Origin: a virus
Taxonomy: Duplodnaviria; Caudoviricetes
Length of the DNA stretch: 35,631 bases
Virus record (IMG/VR): IMGVR_UViG_3300046786_000269
Location: 1 to 35,631 of that record
Strand: one strand, 5' to 3'
Of this stretch, positions 1 through 6,671 are shown piece after piece. The position numbers and the translations under genes are program-made. Every line of letters starts with the position of its first letter. Position 1 is the stretch's first letter. The notes beneath the pieces are model-generated. The model was not told where the DNA came from. It worked only from the letters and a program-made list of their open reading frames with translations, and searched no databases.

Positions 1-127
1 CCTGTGCGTAAGGTGCACAAAGAAAGAAAAGAAAATCTTTTGTATTGTCGCTGTGCGTGTGTCGCTTGCGATGTAGCACTAGGTGGGAATGAATACCGCT
101 AAGCGACCTAGTGTTACCCTTCCTCGC
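1..127. repeat. Exact 127-bp direct repeat with 35136-35262 (circular overlap; unit genome about 35135 bp)
   Basis: Identical from cctgtgcgta to tcctcgc; first mismatch is C128 vs T35263. Confidence 0.95.
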
Positions 128-287
128 CTGTGCGGTATTAGCTAAAGCTAGTGGACGGGAGTTACATAGAATTTATTCAAAAGAATTTACACTTTTTTGT
201 AACTTTCTCGCAAATATTTCCTAAGTATTTGAAACTTATACGAATATATCTCTAAAGTATTTTCGTCATAGTGTCGAATCTTCTCCC

Positions 288-317
288 TTGCGAGACGTAT
301 CATACATAGTGTAGGAT
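288..317 (+). promoter_or_regulatory. Putative sigma70-type early promoter
   Basis: TTGCGA(288-293)-18 bp-TAGGAT(312-317); the variant copy keeps TTGCAG-18-TAGGAT. Confidence 0.5.
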
Positions 318-363
318 TGAGCCATGGGGTTGAGTTGACCCTATCAACTAAGAGGATGACAAC

Positions 364-597
364 ATGACAATATATACGCCGGACACTTGGGCCGAAGAGG
401 AAGCGAGGATATGTTACCCTGTTGGGTGGCGACACTGGGAAACAGAGGATTGGTATGAAGCTCGGAAGTCGAAAGACATCGAATATTATAGCACAAAGGT
501 ATTTGCAAAAGAGCCCGATGCCGCTGAATTGATAGCTAAATTTAAGGCGGCATGGGAGGAAGCGCATATAGAGTTGCAATGGTCAGAAGATTATTAG
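364..597 (+). CDS. Hypothetical early protein (77 aa, Trp/Glu-rich)
   Basis: ORF preceded by strong RBS tcaactaagaggatgacaacATG. Confidence 0.8.
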   Translation: MTIYTPDTWAEEEARICYPVGWRHWETEDWYEARKSKDIEYYSTKVFAKEPDAAELIAKFKAAWEEAHIELQWSEDY

Positions 598-606
598 GGT
601 GACAAC

Positions 607-729
607 ATGAATCACAAAAGATTTAGACAACAAAACACGGTCTCTGGGACGTTTATGGGTGACTTTTCAATAGCTTGCATCATAGGTCTGCTATGGTACG
701 GCATCTTGACGGTGTTTTTTACATTCTAG
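607..729 (+). CDS. Small membrane protein (40 aa, MNHKRFRQQNTVSGTFMGDFSIACIIGLLWYGILTVFFTF); not in ORF track
   Basis: RBS agggtgacaacATG; C-terminal hydrophobic helix; the variant copy at 35583 differs by 4 synonymous and 1 non-synonymous change, supporting coding. Confidence 0.8.
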   Translation: MNHKRFRQQNTVSGTFMGDFSIACIIGLLWYGILTVFFTF

Positions 730-732
730 CTA

Positions 733-760
733 TTGCGATGAACCTTATTCATGCTAGCAT
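733..760 (+). promoter_or_regulatory. Putative sigma70-type promoter with inverted repeat in spacer
   Basis: TTGCGA(733-738)-16 bp-TAGCAT(755-760) preceded by TGc; atgaa-cctta-ttcat inverted repeat. Confidence 0.5.
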
Positions 761-795
761 ACATCATACAGGTAGTAATTAACTAAGGGGACAAT

Positions 796-1068
796 ATGTA
801 TAAATCAATAAAAACGAAAGCGGAGTTAAAACGCCTAGCGGTGGGCACTCGCCTCATCATGACTAATAACATGGTAGGTCGATTCGATGTTCCTTCACGC
901 ACCATCAAGCAAATACGCTCTAATGACATCATCATGAGCTTAGAAGACGGGCGTGAGAGCTATTCGCAACTAAACGACGTGAGGCTTGAGCCGACCGAAG
1001 AAGGGTTTAAGTTAATCGACCGTGAGACGGGCGTATTGTGCGTAGAATATAAAGTTTTAGCCAACTAA
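796..1068 (+). CDS. Hypothetical early protein (90 aa)
   Basis: RBS aactaaggggacaatATG; fits gene packing. Confidence 0.8.
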   Translation: MYKSIKTKAELKRLAVGTRLIMTNNMVGRFDVPSRTIKQIRSNDIIMSLEDGRESYSQLNDVRLEPTEEGFKLIDRETGVLCVEYKVLAN

Positions 1069-1077
1069 GGAGACAAC

Positions 1078-1515
1078 ATGGAACCGACAAAAGACATAAT
1101 TCTTGATGCGCTTTACAAGCATATTGCACAACGTAGCGGCATCGATGCCAGAAACTACTTTGATAGTTGGCGTGATACTGAGGGCCGTAAGGCGTTTAAC
1201 GCTGAATACCGTGAGATTCTTCGTGAGGGCCGTGAAGCTCGGATGCTACTCCACGCCGTTCGCACCCGTGACATTAGTGCCGACGAGATACTTGCGGCTT
1301 CGAAACGTGCGTTTAGTGGTCGCTTGTCGTGGAACGCTGAGAAAGCCCGTTGGGATTACTGTACCGGTCAATATTTCCCCACGGAGTATCGTGCGGCGGC
1401 TTGCGCCGTCTTAGCTTCGGCACTGTGGCGCTACATGGCTGATGGCGGTGGGGATGTCCGTAGGTGGGCAAAAGAGACCTTTGGGCGTGGCGTTCAATCT
1501 CGATGGTTTAACTAG
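1078..1515 (+). CDS. Hypothetical phage protein (145 aa)
   Basis: RBS caactaaggagacaacATG; protein-like composition (WDYCTGQYFPTEYR). Confidence 0.85.
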   Translation: MEPTKDIILDALYKHIAQRSGIDARNYFDSWRDTEGRKAFNAEYREILREGREARMLLHAVRTRDISADEILAASKRAFSGRLSWNAEKARWDYCTGQYFPTEYRAAACAVLASALWRYMADGGGDVRRWAKETFGRGVQSRWFN

Positions 1516-1584
1516 GTGCCTAGCAGGGGCCGCCCCACGGGGCGGTTGACTGGTACGCATGAAGCGACCAATTAAGGGTATTTT

Positions 1585-2007
1585 ATGAAAACAAGACGAC
1601 AGCCAATGCGGGATCATTCTTCATTTATTACTATGCAAGAGTTAAGGGATAAAATCTTGACCCACAAAACGAACGCTTTAAGCCTAGAGCGATGGTCGAA
1701 GATACTTCAAAAGGAAGCACCAAACTCCGTAGCCAACGAACGGCACAAGGCTTTCATGGCTGAATCAACGGACATCGACAAAGGCCTGAAGCAGATGATC
1801 AACGGCTTAGAGCTATATTGTAGCGGCTTTAGAAGCCGGTTCGACTCCGCAATCGGTAAAGATGCCTTCTTGGGCAACGGCGTAGCGGCAGTAATTGAGG
1901 CGTTGTTTGTTCTGCTTCAAGGCCCCGGAAATTGGGACAATGGAACGGTGGACGCCACTTTGCGACACATCGCCGACCTCAACGTCATCGATTCTATAGA
2001 GCAATAG
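1585..2007 (+). CDS. Hypothetical protein (140 aa)
   Basis: RBS caattaagggtattttATG; globular composition. Confidence 0.75.
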   Translation: MKTRRQPMRDHSSFITMQELRDKILTHKTNALSLERWSKILQKEAPNSVANERHKAFMAESTDIDKGLKQMINGLELYCSGFRSRFDSAIGKDAFLGNGVAAVIEALFVLLQGPGNWDNGTVDATLRHIADLNVIDSIEQ

Positions 2008-2015
2008 GGGGCAAC

Positions 2016-2351
2016 ATGAAAGCATTAATTTTTACCCTTGCACTCATGCCGACAATGGCAACGGCTCAGGGGCTAATCGGCGAACTAGAAGCTCCAACGG
2101 GGCCAGTTAATAGCCTAGAGGCCCCGTATTATCCACCGCCGTATGGCATAGCCATCCAGCCGGTGTTACCCGTACCTCGTGACAGAGGGCCGTGGGGGAC
2201 CGGCTACAGCATCATCACAGAGACACGGGAGCGGCCTGACCTGGGACGGCAACTATTGGGCGATTATGGCGCAACTCGGCAACAGACGATCCAGAAATGG
2301 GTACCGAATGATGCTTTAGGTAATCCGATCAATCCATACGGCTTAGAATAG
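2016..2351 (+). CDS. Secreted Pro-rich hypothetical protein (start reassigned to 2016)
   Basis: RBS tagggggcaacATG; signal peptide MKALIFTLALMPTMATA/Q. Confidence 0.75.
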   Translation: MKALIFTLALMPTMATAQGLIGELEAPTGPVNSLEAPYYPPPYGIAIQPVLPVPRDRGPWGTGYSIITETRERPDLGRQLLGDYGATRQQTIQKWVPNDALGNPINPYGLE

Positions 2352-2430
2352 TCCTTTCGCTACCGTCTCAAGTCAGGCGGCGGCGTGGGCGCTAGTTGAA
2401 GGCTCAGTTTAACTAAGGAGATAAAAGACA

Positions 2431-2643
2431 ATGAAAGCAATTAGTAACGTGTTTAAGTTTATCGTGGGCGTGATCGTACTGTGCTGTTCAGCCTGTACAG
2501 GCATCGAGATGGGCGGCAAAGTCGGGGTCTACCGTGTTGACGAGCGGCAGGAATCCAGCCGCACAAACGTCGAAAACAGGGTGCCTTTAAAGTGTTACTT
2601 TGTTGATTGCTACTCACACACACAGTCTAACGATCTTAAATAG
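2431..2643 (+). CDS. Putative lipoprotein (70 aa)
   Basis: RBS aactaaggaga; basic N-terminus, hydrophobic stretch and lipobox-like LCCSAC. Confidence 0.65.
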   Translation: MKAISNVFKFIVGVIVLCCSACTGIEMGGKVGVYRVDERQESSRTNVENRVPLKCYFVDCYSHTQSNDLK

Positions 2644-2651
2644 GTGACGAT

Positions 2652-2819
2652 ATGATCGAGAACATTAAACAACTACTATTTACGCCTACGGGCATTATCG
2701 TTTCGTTGCTTCACGTTGCTTTTTTCGTGGGGTGCGTGACGTGCTGGATCGGTATTCAAACACAGGTATTTGGTAACGATCCAGTAGAACAAGTACAGGC
2801 ATTAGGACGGCGCAAATGA
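2652..2819 (+). CDS. Small membrane protein (55 aa, MIENIKQLLFTPTGIIVSLLHVAFFVGCVTCWIG...); not in ORF track
   Basis: RBS aggtga; TM helix; ATGA overlap with next gene at 2816-2819. Confidence 0.75.
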   Translation: MIENIKQLLFTPTGIIVSLLHVAFFVGCVTCWIGIQTQVFGNDPVEQVQALGRRK

Positions 2820-3307
2820 GCCAGGGTCAAAAGCAGGGCGGCGGCGGTTTAGTCGCCTTGCTACTGGCGGCGGCGTTGTTTGTCCCACCAGCTAATAATC
2901 TGCGGTTCCATGTGCATCGCTTTTTCGGGCTCTACGTCGCACCTACACGAACGATAATCGAGAGTGAGGTTGATAGGGCGGCTGATGCCTGGGGCGTGTC
3001 TCGTAGCGTCCTACGGGCTTTGGTGCAGGTCGAGAGTAGTTACCGACCTGACGCACTATCTCCCGTAGGCGCTCGGGGTGTGGCTCAGATTATGCCGTTT
3101 AATGCAAAGCGGTGCGGGCTCGGTGACGACAGAAAGCTATGGGATGCGGTTCATAACGTGCGGTGCGGCGCTCGTATACTTGCAGAGGAATTAGACCAAC
3201 ACGGCGACTTAAAGAAGGCGCTTACGGTCTACAACTGCGGAAGGGTCAAATGTAAGGAGGGCGAAAGATATGCAAGCAAGGTAATTGCGCTTTCTCGTGT
3301 GATGTAA
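2816..3307 (+). CDS. Membrane-anchored lytic transglycosylase (SLT domain)
   Basis: ALVQVESS catalytic Glu motif, SPVGARGVAQIMP, ALTVYN; N-terminal hydrophobic anchor. Confidence 0.9.
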   Translation: MSQGQKQGGGGLVALLLAAALFVPPANNLRFHVHRFFGLYVAPTRTIIESEVDRAADAWGVSRSVLRALVQVESSYRPDALSPVGARGVAQIMPFNAKRCGLGDDRKLWDAVHNVRCGARILAEELDQHGDLKKALTVYNCGRVKCKEGERYASKVIALSRVM

Positions 3308-3342
3308 GACAAAGTAAATAGGTATTTTATCAGTAGGATTAT

Positions 3343-4197
3343 ATGAATAAGGAATTAACAGTAACAAACAATAGCCCGGTCGAGATGTTGGCTGCGCTTC
3401 GTAATACGGTGGCGCCAGGGCTTACAGATGCAGAGTTCGCACTGTTTGCTGAGATAGTAAAAAGCACCGGCCTAAACCCTGTCACTAAAGAGGTGTGGGC
3501 AATCAAAGCCGGTGGGCGTCTCCAACTCATGACCGGCATAAACGGATTCCTTCGTATTGCTAATAGCCATCCAGCTTATGACGGCATGGAGGTAGAATAT
3601 GAGTGGGATGGCAAAGCACTTATATCGGCAACGGCTAAAGTATACCGCAAGGATCGCCGGTTCCCATCGGTAGCTACAGCGTATATGGCTGAGTACAGCA
3701 AGCCGACACCAATATGGAAACAGATGCCGTCAGTTATGCTGTCAAAGTGTGCTAAGTCGCTAGCAATCCGTGAGGCGTTTATTCAAGAGCTAGGCGGCCT
3801 CTACACGGCTGAAGAGATGCCAAGCGAGTATGGGCATCACCACGCAAAGGCTGCGCCATCCATCGAGGTCAAAGTAGATGAGGAATTGATAGTCAGCCAG
3901 AAGACGGGCGAGGTATTGGGCGTAGTTAAAAAGGAAGCAGTCGTTAGACCAGAGGAAGATAACCTACCTGACTGGAACACTGCTGCCGAGGTAGTGGAAG
4001 ACGTTAAGCCAAAGGCTAAGAAGGGCCGTGCCGTGACTACTTACTATAACCTTGAGACGCTACAAGGTGATAAGCTCAAAGTAGCTGAGACGTACCTCGT
4101 AGCTAACAACGCCAAGCGTCTTACAGAGACGCATTGGAAGTCGCCTATACGCCTTGAGAAGTTAACGACCTGCATCGATGAGGCATACAATGAGTAA
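3343..4197 (+). CDS. bet: Phage ssDNA-annealing recombinase, Bet/RecT family
   Basis: GLNPVTKEVWAIK, TGINGFLRIANSHPAYDG, WKQMPSVMLSKCAKSLAIREAF, GLYTAEEM. Confidence 0.9.
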   Translation: MNKELTVTNNSPVEMLAALRNTVAPGLTDAEFALFAEIVKSTGLNPVTKEVWAIKAGGRLQLMTGINGFLRIANSHPAYDGMEVEYEWDGKALISATAKVYRKDRRFPSVATAYMAEYSKPTPIWKQMPSVMLSKCAKSLAIREAFIQELGGLYTAEEMPSEYGHHHAKAAPSIEVKVDEELIVSQKTGEVLGVVKKEAVVRPEEDNLPDWNTAAEVVEDVKPKAKKGRAVTTYYNLETLQGDKLKVAETYLVANNAKRLTETHWKSPIRLEKLTTCIDEAYNE

Positions 4198-4372
4198 GCC
4201 CATACCAGGACGAGCAAGCTATGACGCTGCGCCTAAAGGCTATAAGCGGCACACCATATTTATTCACGTCAAGTTGCTGGATAAGGTGCGCCGTGTAGCG
4301 GCAAAGGAAAACATCACTATCAAGCAGTTGATTGAGGAAGCTATTGAACGGAGGGTTGCCAATGACGATTAA
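4190..4372 (+). CDS. Ribbon-helix-helix DNA-binding protein (start reassigned to 4190)
   Basis: HTIFIH beta-strand followed by LLDKVRRVAAKENITIKQLIEEAI helices. Confidence 0.75.
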   Translation: MSKPIPGRASYDAAPKGYKRHTIFIHVKLLDKVRRVAAKENITIKQLIEEAIERRVANDD

Positions 4373-4631
4373 GACGTTGGGACAAATAGCAGAGGATGCG
4401 GTGACATTTGCGGAGGCGTTCGTCCCCAACGAATACCAAACGCAAAACGCTGCTGACTATGCGGAGGCGTATGCGGCAGGTGCTAGGCAGGTGCTTCAGT
4501 ACCTGGAGCAGTTTGCCGCACGGGTCAACGCCGTCATGCCTTTTGATAGCTCTAACGAGTTTGAGAAGGGACAAGTCGATGGTATCCTTTGGACACTAGA
4601 TGCGCTGAACGCCTTGTTCGGTAGAGATTAA
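4362..4631 (+). CDS. Hypothetical protein (start reassigned to 4362)
   Basis: RBS ggaggg upstream; overlaps previous stop. Confidence 0.75.
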   Translation: MTIKTLGQIAEDAVTFAEAFVPNEYQTQNAADYAEAYAAGARQVLQYLEQFAARVNAVMPFDSSNEFEKGQVDGILWTLDALNALFGRD

Positions 4632-4636
4632 CCTGC

Positions 4637-4712
4637 TGGAGTGTAGTTCAGTTGGCAGAACAGGCGACTGTTAATCGCCATGTCGTAGGTTCGATTCCTA
4701 CCACTCCAGCCA
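4637..4712 (+). tRNA. tRNA-Asn(GTT)
   Basis: 76-nt cloverleaf: acceptor tggagtg/cactcca, D stem gttc/gaac, anticodon stem ggcga/tcgcc with loop ctGTTaa, T arm gtagg-ttcgatt-cctac, discriminator G, encoded CCA. Confidence 0.95.
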
Positions 4713-4749
4713 ATAAAAAGCCCCGTAACGTGTTGCGGCGTTACGGGGC
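4712..4749 (-). terminator. Intrinsic terminator (minus strand)
   Basis: 11-bp stem gccccgtaacg/cgttacggggc; A-tract at 4712-4719 is a U-tract on the minus strand. Confidence 0.8.
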
Positions 4750-4782
4750 GAGGAACAGTGATGTGGGCACTGTCAGTAGTTC
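4713..4782 (-). ncRNA. Candidate ~70-nt small RNA 1
   Basis: Minus-strand promoter TTGCTC(4815-4810)-16-TGgTATTGT(4793-4788), internal hairpin acagtg/cactgt, terminator; no ORF. Confidence 0.5.
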
Positions 4783-4813
4783 CCACAACAATACCAGCCA
4801 ACAATGCTTGAGC

Positions 4814-4848
4814 AATAAAAAACGGCGCTAGGTTTTCACCTAACGCCG
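4814..4848 (-). terminator. Intrinsic terminator (minus strand)
   Basis: cggcg-c-tagg/ccta-a-cgccg stem whose C/A mismatch is a G-U pair on the minus strand; A-tract 4814-4822. Confidence 0.8.
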
Positions 4849-4890
4849 CTCAACTAAGGGGATACAACCGACAAAAGTTAGTATCTGCTC
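4814..4890 (-). ncRNA. Candidate small RNA 2 / 3'UTR carrying an anti-RBS sequence
   Basis: Hairpin 4861-4885, single-stranded complement of caactaaggg (4851-4860), then terminator. Confidence 0.45.
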
Positions 4891-4917
4891 TACTTGTACC
4901 CCATTAGACCTCTACAA

Positions 4918-5202
4918 TCAATCCAGATTCCACCCTTCATGCGGTTTTAATCGTGGTTCAACTGCATCATGTGATTGCGCTGCGAGTAGAGCGTAGTTCA
5001 TCACGAACCGCTCTCTGCGGTGCATCGTGTTGTCCACATACCATATCTCTACTTCGTACACGTTTCCCTCATGGTCTATCGCCTTGTAGGTGCCGTGCGT
5101 CCCAGTAACGTGCGTACTAATCGGCGGCAACTCCGGCATGATTGCGTAGAGTCGTTTGTGTAAATCAGTCAGGGATAATCCCTTGTAGTGCTTTTGCTGC
5201 AT
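4918..5202 (-). CDS. Hypothetical protein (94 aa)
   Basis: RBS aagga upstream on the minus strand; overlaps the upstream HTH gene. Confidence 0.7.
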   Translation of the reverse strand: MQQKHYKGLSLTDLHKRLYAIMPELPPISTHVTGTHGTYKAIDHEGNVYEVEIWYVDNTMHRRERFVMNYALLAAQSHDAVEPRLKPHEGWNLD

Positions 5203-5407
5203 GTCGTTTGTCCTTTAGTTGTTTCATTTCGTCGCCTCGTGCAATTAACCATGACTCGACTTCCAACAACCGGAATCGACGTACAGCGCCAATGCGAATG
5301 TGTGGCATCCCCTGTTTTACCAGCAATTCAAAACTGCTTTTCGGAATTGAAAAGTAATTCTTTATTACTGTGCTGCTGACGTATCCTTCGTTTTTCGTTT
5401 CGTTCAT
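5165..5407 (-). CDS. Excisionase/MerR-like winged-helix DNA-binding protein
   Basis: GMPHIRIGAVRRFRLLEVESWL wing motif; RBS aaggtg. Confidence 0.75.
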   Translation of the reverse strand: MNETKNEGYVSSTVIKNYFSIPKSSFELLVKQGMPHIRIGAVRRFRLLEVESWLIARGDEMKQLKDKRHAAKALQGIIPD

Positions 5408-5413
5408 ATAAAA

Positions 5414-5456
5414 ACACCTTGCGACATGATCGACCTCATGCTACATCACAGGTGTC
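5414..5456. promoter_or_regulatory. Divergent promoter/operator region
   Basis: TTGCGA(5419-5424)-17-TACATC with TGc; nested inverted repeats acacct/aggtgt and catga/tcatg. Confidence 0.5.
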
Positions 5457-5478
5457 TAATTGACAACAAGGAGATACA

Positions 5479-5781
5479 ATGGGCAAACCAAAAAAGGCAT
5501 TTCGCAATAAGGGAATCGACATAGCGGCTTGGGAAAATGACCGAGGCGGCGTGAGCTTTACCTTTCGCAAGACCTACAAAAACAAAGAAACAGGCGAATA
5601 TAAAGAGACTAAGTACTTGTTTGCTAACGACCTTAAAGACCTTCGTGACTTGATTACGGAAGTGCTGACATGGAACGAGACGTTGGCAGATAGGACGGAA
5701 CACGAGTACGCCGCTATAGCGTCTCCTGCACCGACCTACGTCGCAAAAGCCGCCGACATAGACGACGACATACCCTTTTAG
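5479..5781 (+). CDS. Putative ssDNA-binding protein with SSB-like acidic tail
   Basis: C-terminus DIDDDIPF; aromatic/basic N-domain (AAWEN...TFRKTYK). Confidence 0.7.
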   Translation: MGKPKKAFRNKGIDIAAWENDRGGVSFTFRKTYKNKETGEYKETKYLFANDLKDLRDLITEVLTWNETLADRTEHEYAAIASPAPTYVAKAADIDDDIPF

Positions 5782-5784
5782 TGT

Positions 5785-6270
5785 GTGAGGTCCATCATGC
5801 GAATTACGCTTGATTCTGCCGAAGCCTTCCATGCGGGGATGGCCGGTTACATGCGAATGTTCCGAGTGATGACCAATGGCTACAAAAGCCCGTTCGATGG
5901 CCTTGCGCTGTCGGACGGGTGGCGTAGCCACATCGAGGGGGCAATCGCCGAACTGGTGGTGTCCAAAGCCACTAACAGCTATTGGCCTGGTGCTACTTGG
6001 TTATTTAAAGACCAGAACGATGTAGGACCGTACGAGGTGCGCTACACCCAGTACGCTCAAGGTCATTTGCTGTTGTATCCATCCGATAAAGACGAGGCAC
6101 CATACATTCTCGTTACCGGCAAATATCCAGACTATCAAGTTGTAGGCTGGATTTACGGTCGATACGGGAAACACCCCGATTATTGGACGGAAGAAACCAA
6201 ACAACCCTGCTACAAGATACCTCAGACAGCATTGGAGCCTTATGAAACTTTACACACTACACACGGTTAA
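5785..6270 (+). CDS. Putative PD-(D/E)XK-like nuclease / conserved phage protein (start may be ATG 5797)
   Basis: GAIAE helix followed by DVGPYEVR pattern. Confidence 0.55.
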   Translation: MRSIMRITLDSAEAFHAGMAGYMRMFRVMTNGYKSPFDGLALSDGWRSHIEGAIAELVVSKATNSYWPGATWLFKDQNDVGPYEVRYTQYAQGHLLLYPSDKDEAPYILVTGKYPDYQVVGWIYGRYGKHPDYWTEETKQPCYKIPQTALEPYETLHTTHG

Positions 6271-6496
6271 TGACGGGAAATGGCAGATTAAGCTGTCGAT
6301 ACGCCGCAACCCGTCCTATGAGTTTGAGTTTGAGCCCAGGCCGGATATACGGGCGCTGGTTGAAACAAACTACGATGAGTCGCCGGAGGTATTGGCTAAG
6401 ATATTATTAGACTCTGTGCTGCATTGTGAGGCCGTAGAGGTCCACTTGCTGTGCGGTCAAGGCTTGTATATGGAGCGTGTAGAAAATGACCGTTAA
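6242..6496 (+). CDS. Hypothetical protein (84 aa)
   Basis: RBS ggag; overlapping gene packing. Confidence 0.7.
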   Translation: MKLYTLHTVNDGKWQIKLSIRRNPSYEFEFEPRPDIRALVETNYDESPEVLAKILLDSVLHCEAVEVHLLCGQGLYMERVENDR

Positions 6497-6671
6497 GCCA
6501 ATTATGTTTCAAGACCAGTTTTGGCGTGATTTGCAAGCAAGCCACAAAGCGGCATTAGAGCGAGTCGCACAAAACAATGCGGTGACTGCATCAGTCGATG
6601 CCGTTATCCTTCAAGTGTCTAGCGAGTTTAAGGAGATTTATGCCGCTTACGAAAAAGGGTGCGAAGATTAG
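6486..6671 (+). CDS. Hypothetical protein (61 aa)
   Basis: Overlapping gene packing. Confidence 0.6.
   Translation: MTVKPIMFQDQFWRDLQASHKAALERVAQNNAVTASVDAVILQVSSEFKEIYAAYEKGCED

Noticed and set aside
1-127. Physical T7-like direct terminal repeat
   Set aside because: Exact length 127 matches a usual assembly k-mer, and the second copy is not at the contig end; treated as a circular overlap
131-142. gctaataccgca on the minus strand resembles a 16S rRNA segment
   Set aside because: Only 12 nt with no flanking rRNA similarity
85-165. HDV-like, twister or pistol ribozyme (ttcctcgc resembles HDV L3; taagcg resembles pistol)
   Set aside because: No P3 pairing or GG for P1.1, and the other conserved elements cannot be placed; kept only as an unclassified structure
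187-579. Minus-strand 130-aa ORF (and 35340-35609 in the variant)
   Set aside because: Antisense to a gene with a strong RBS, crosses the promoter, and frame and length are not preserved between alleles
344-4868. CRISPR-like mini-array formed by the AACTAAGG repeats
   Set aside because: Repeats are short, degenerate, irregularly spaced and separated by whole genes; no cas genes
4637-5407. attP plus excisionase integration module
   Set aside because: No integrase recognisable anywhere; the tRNA is complete; the wHTH may be a plain regulator
5446-5931. Minus-strand 161-aa ORF
   Set aside because: Shadow of two well-supported plus-strand genes
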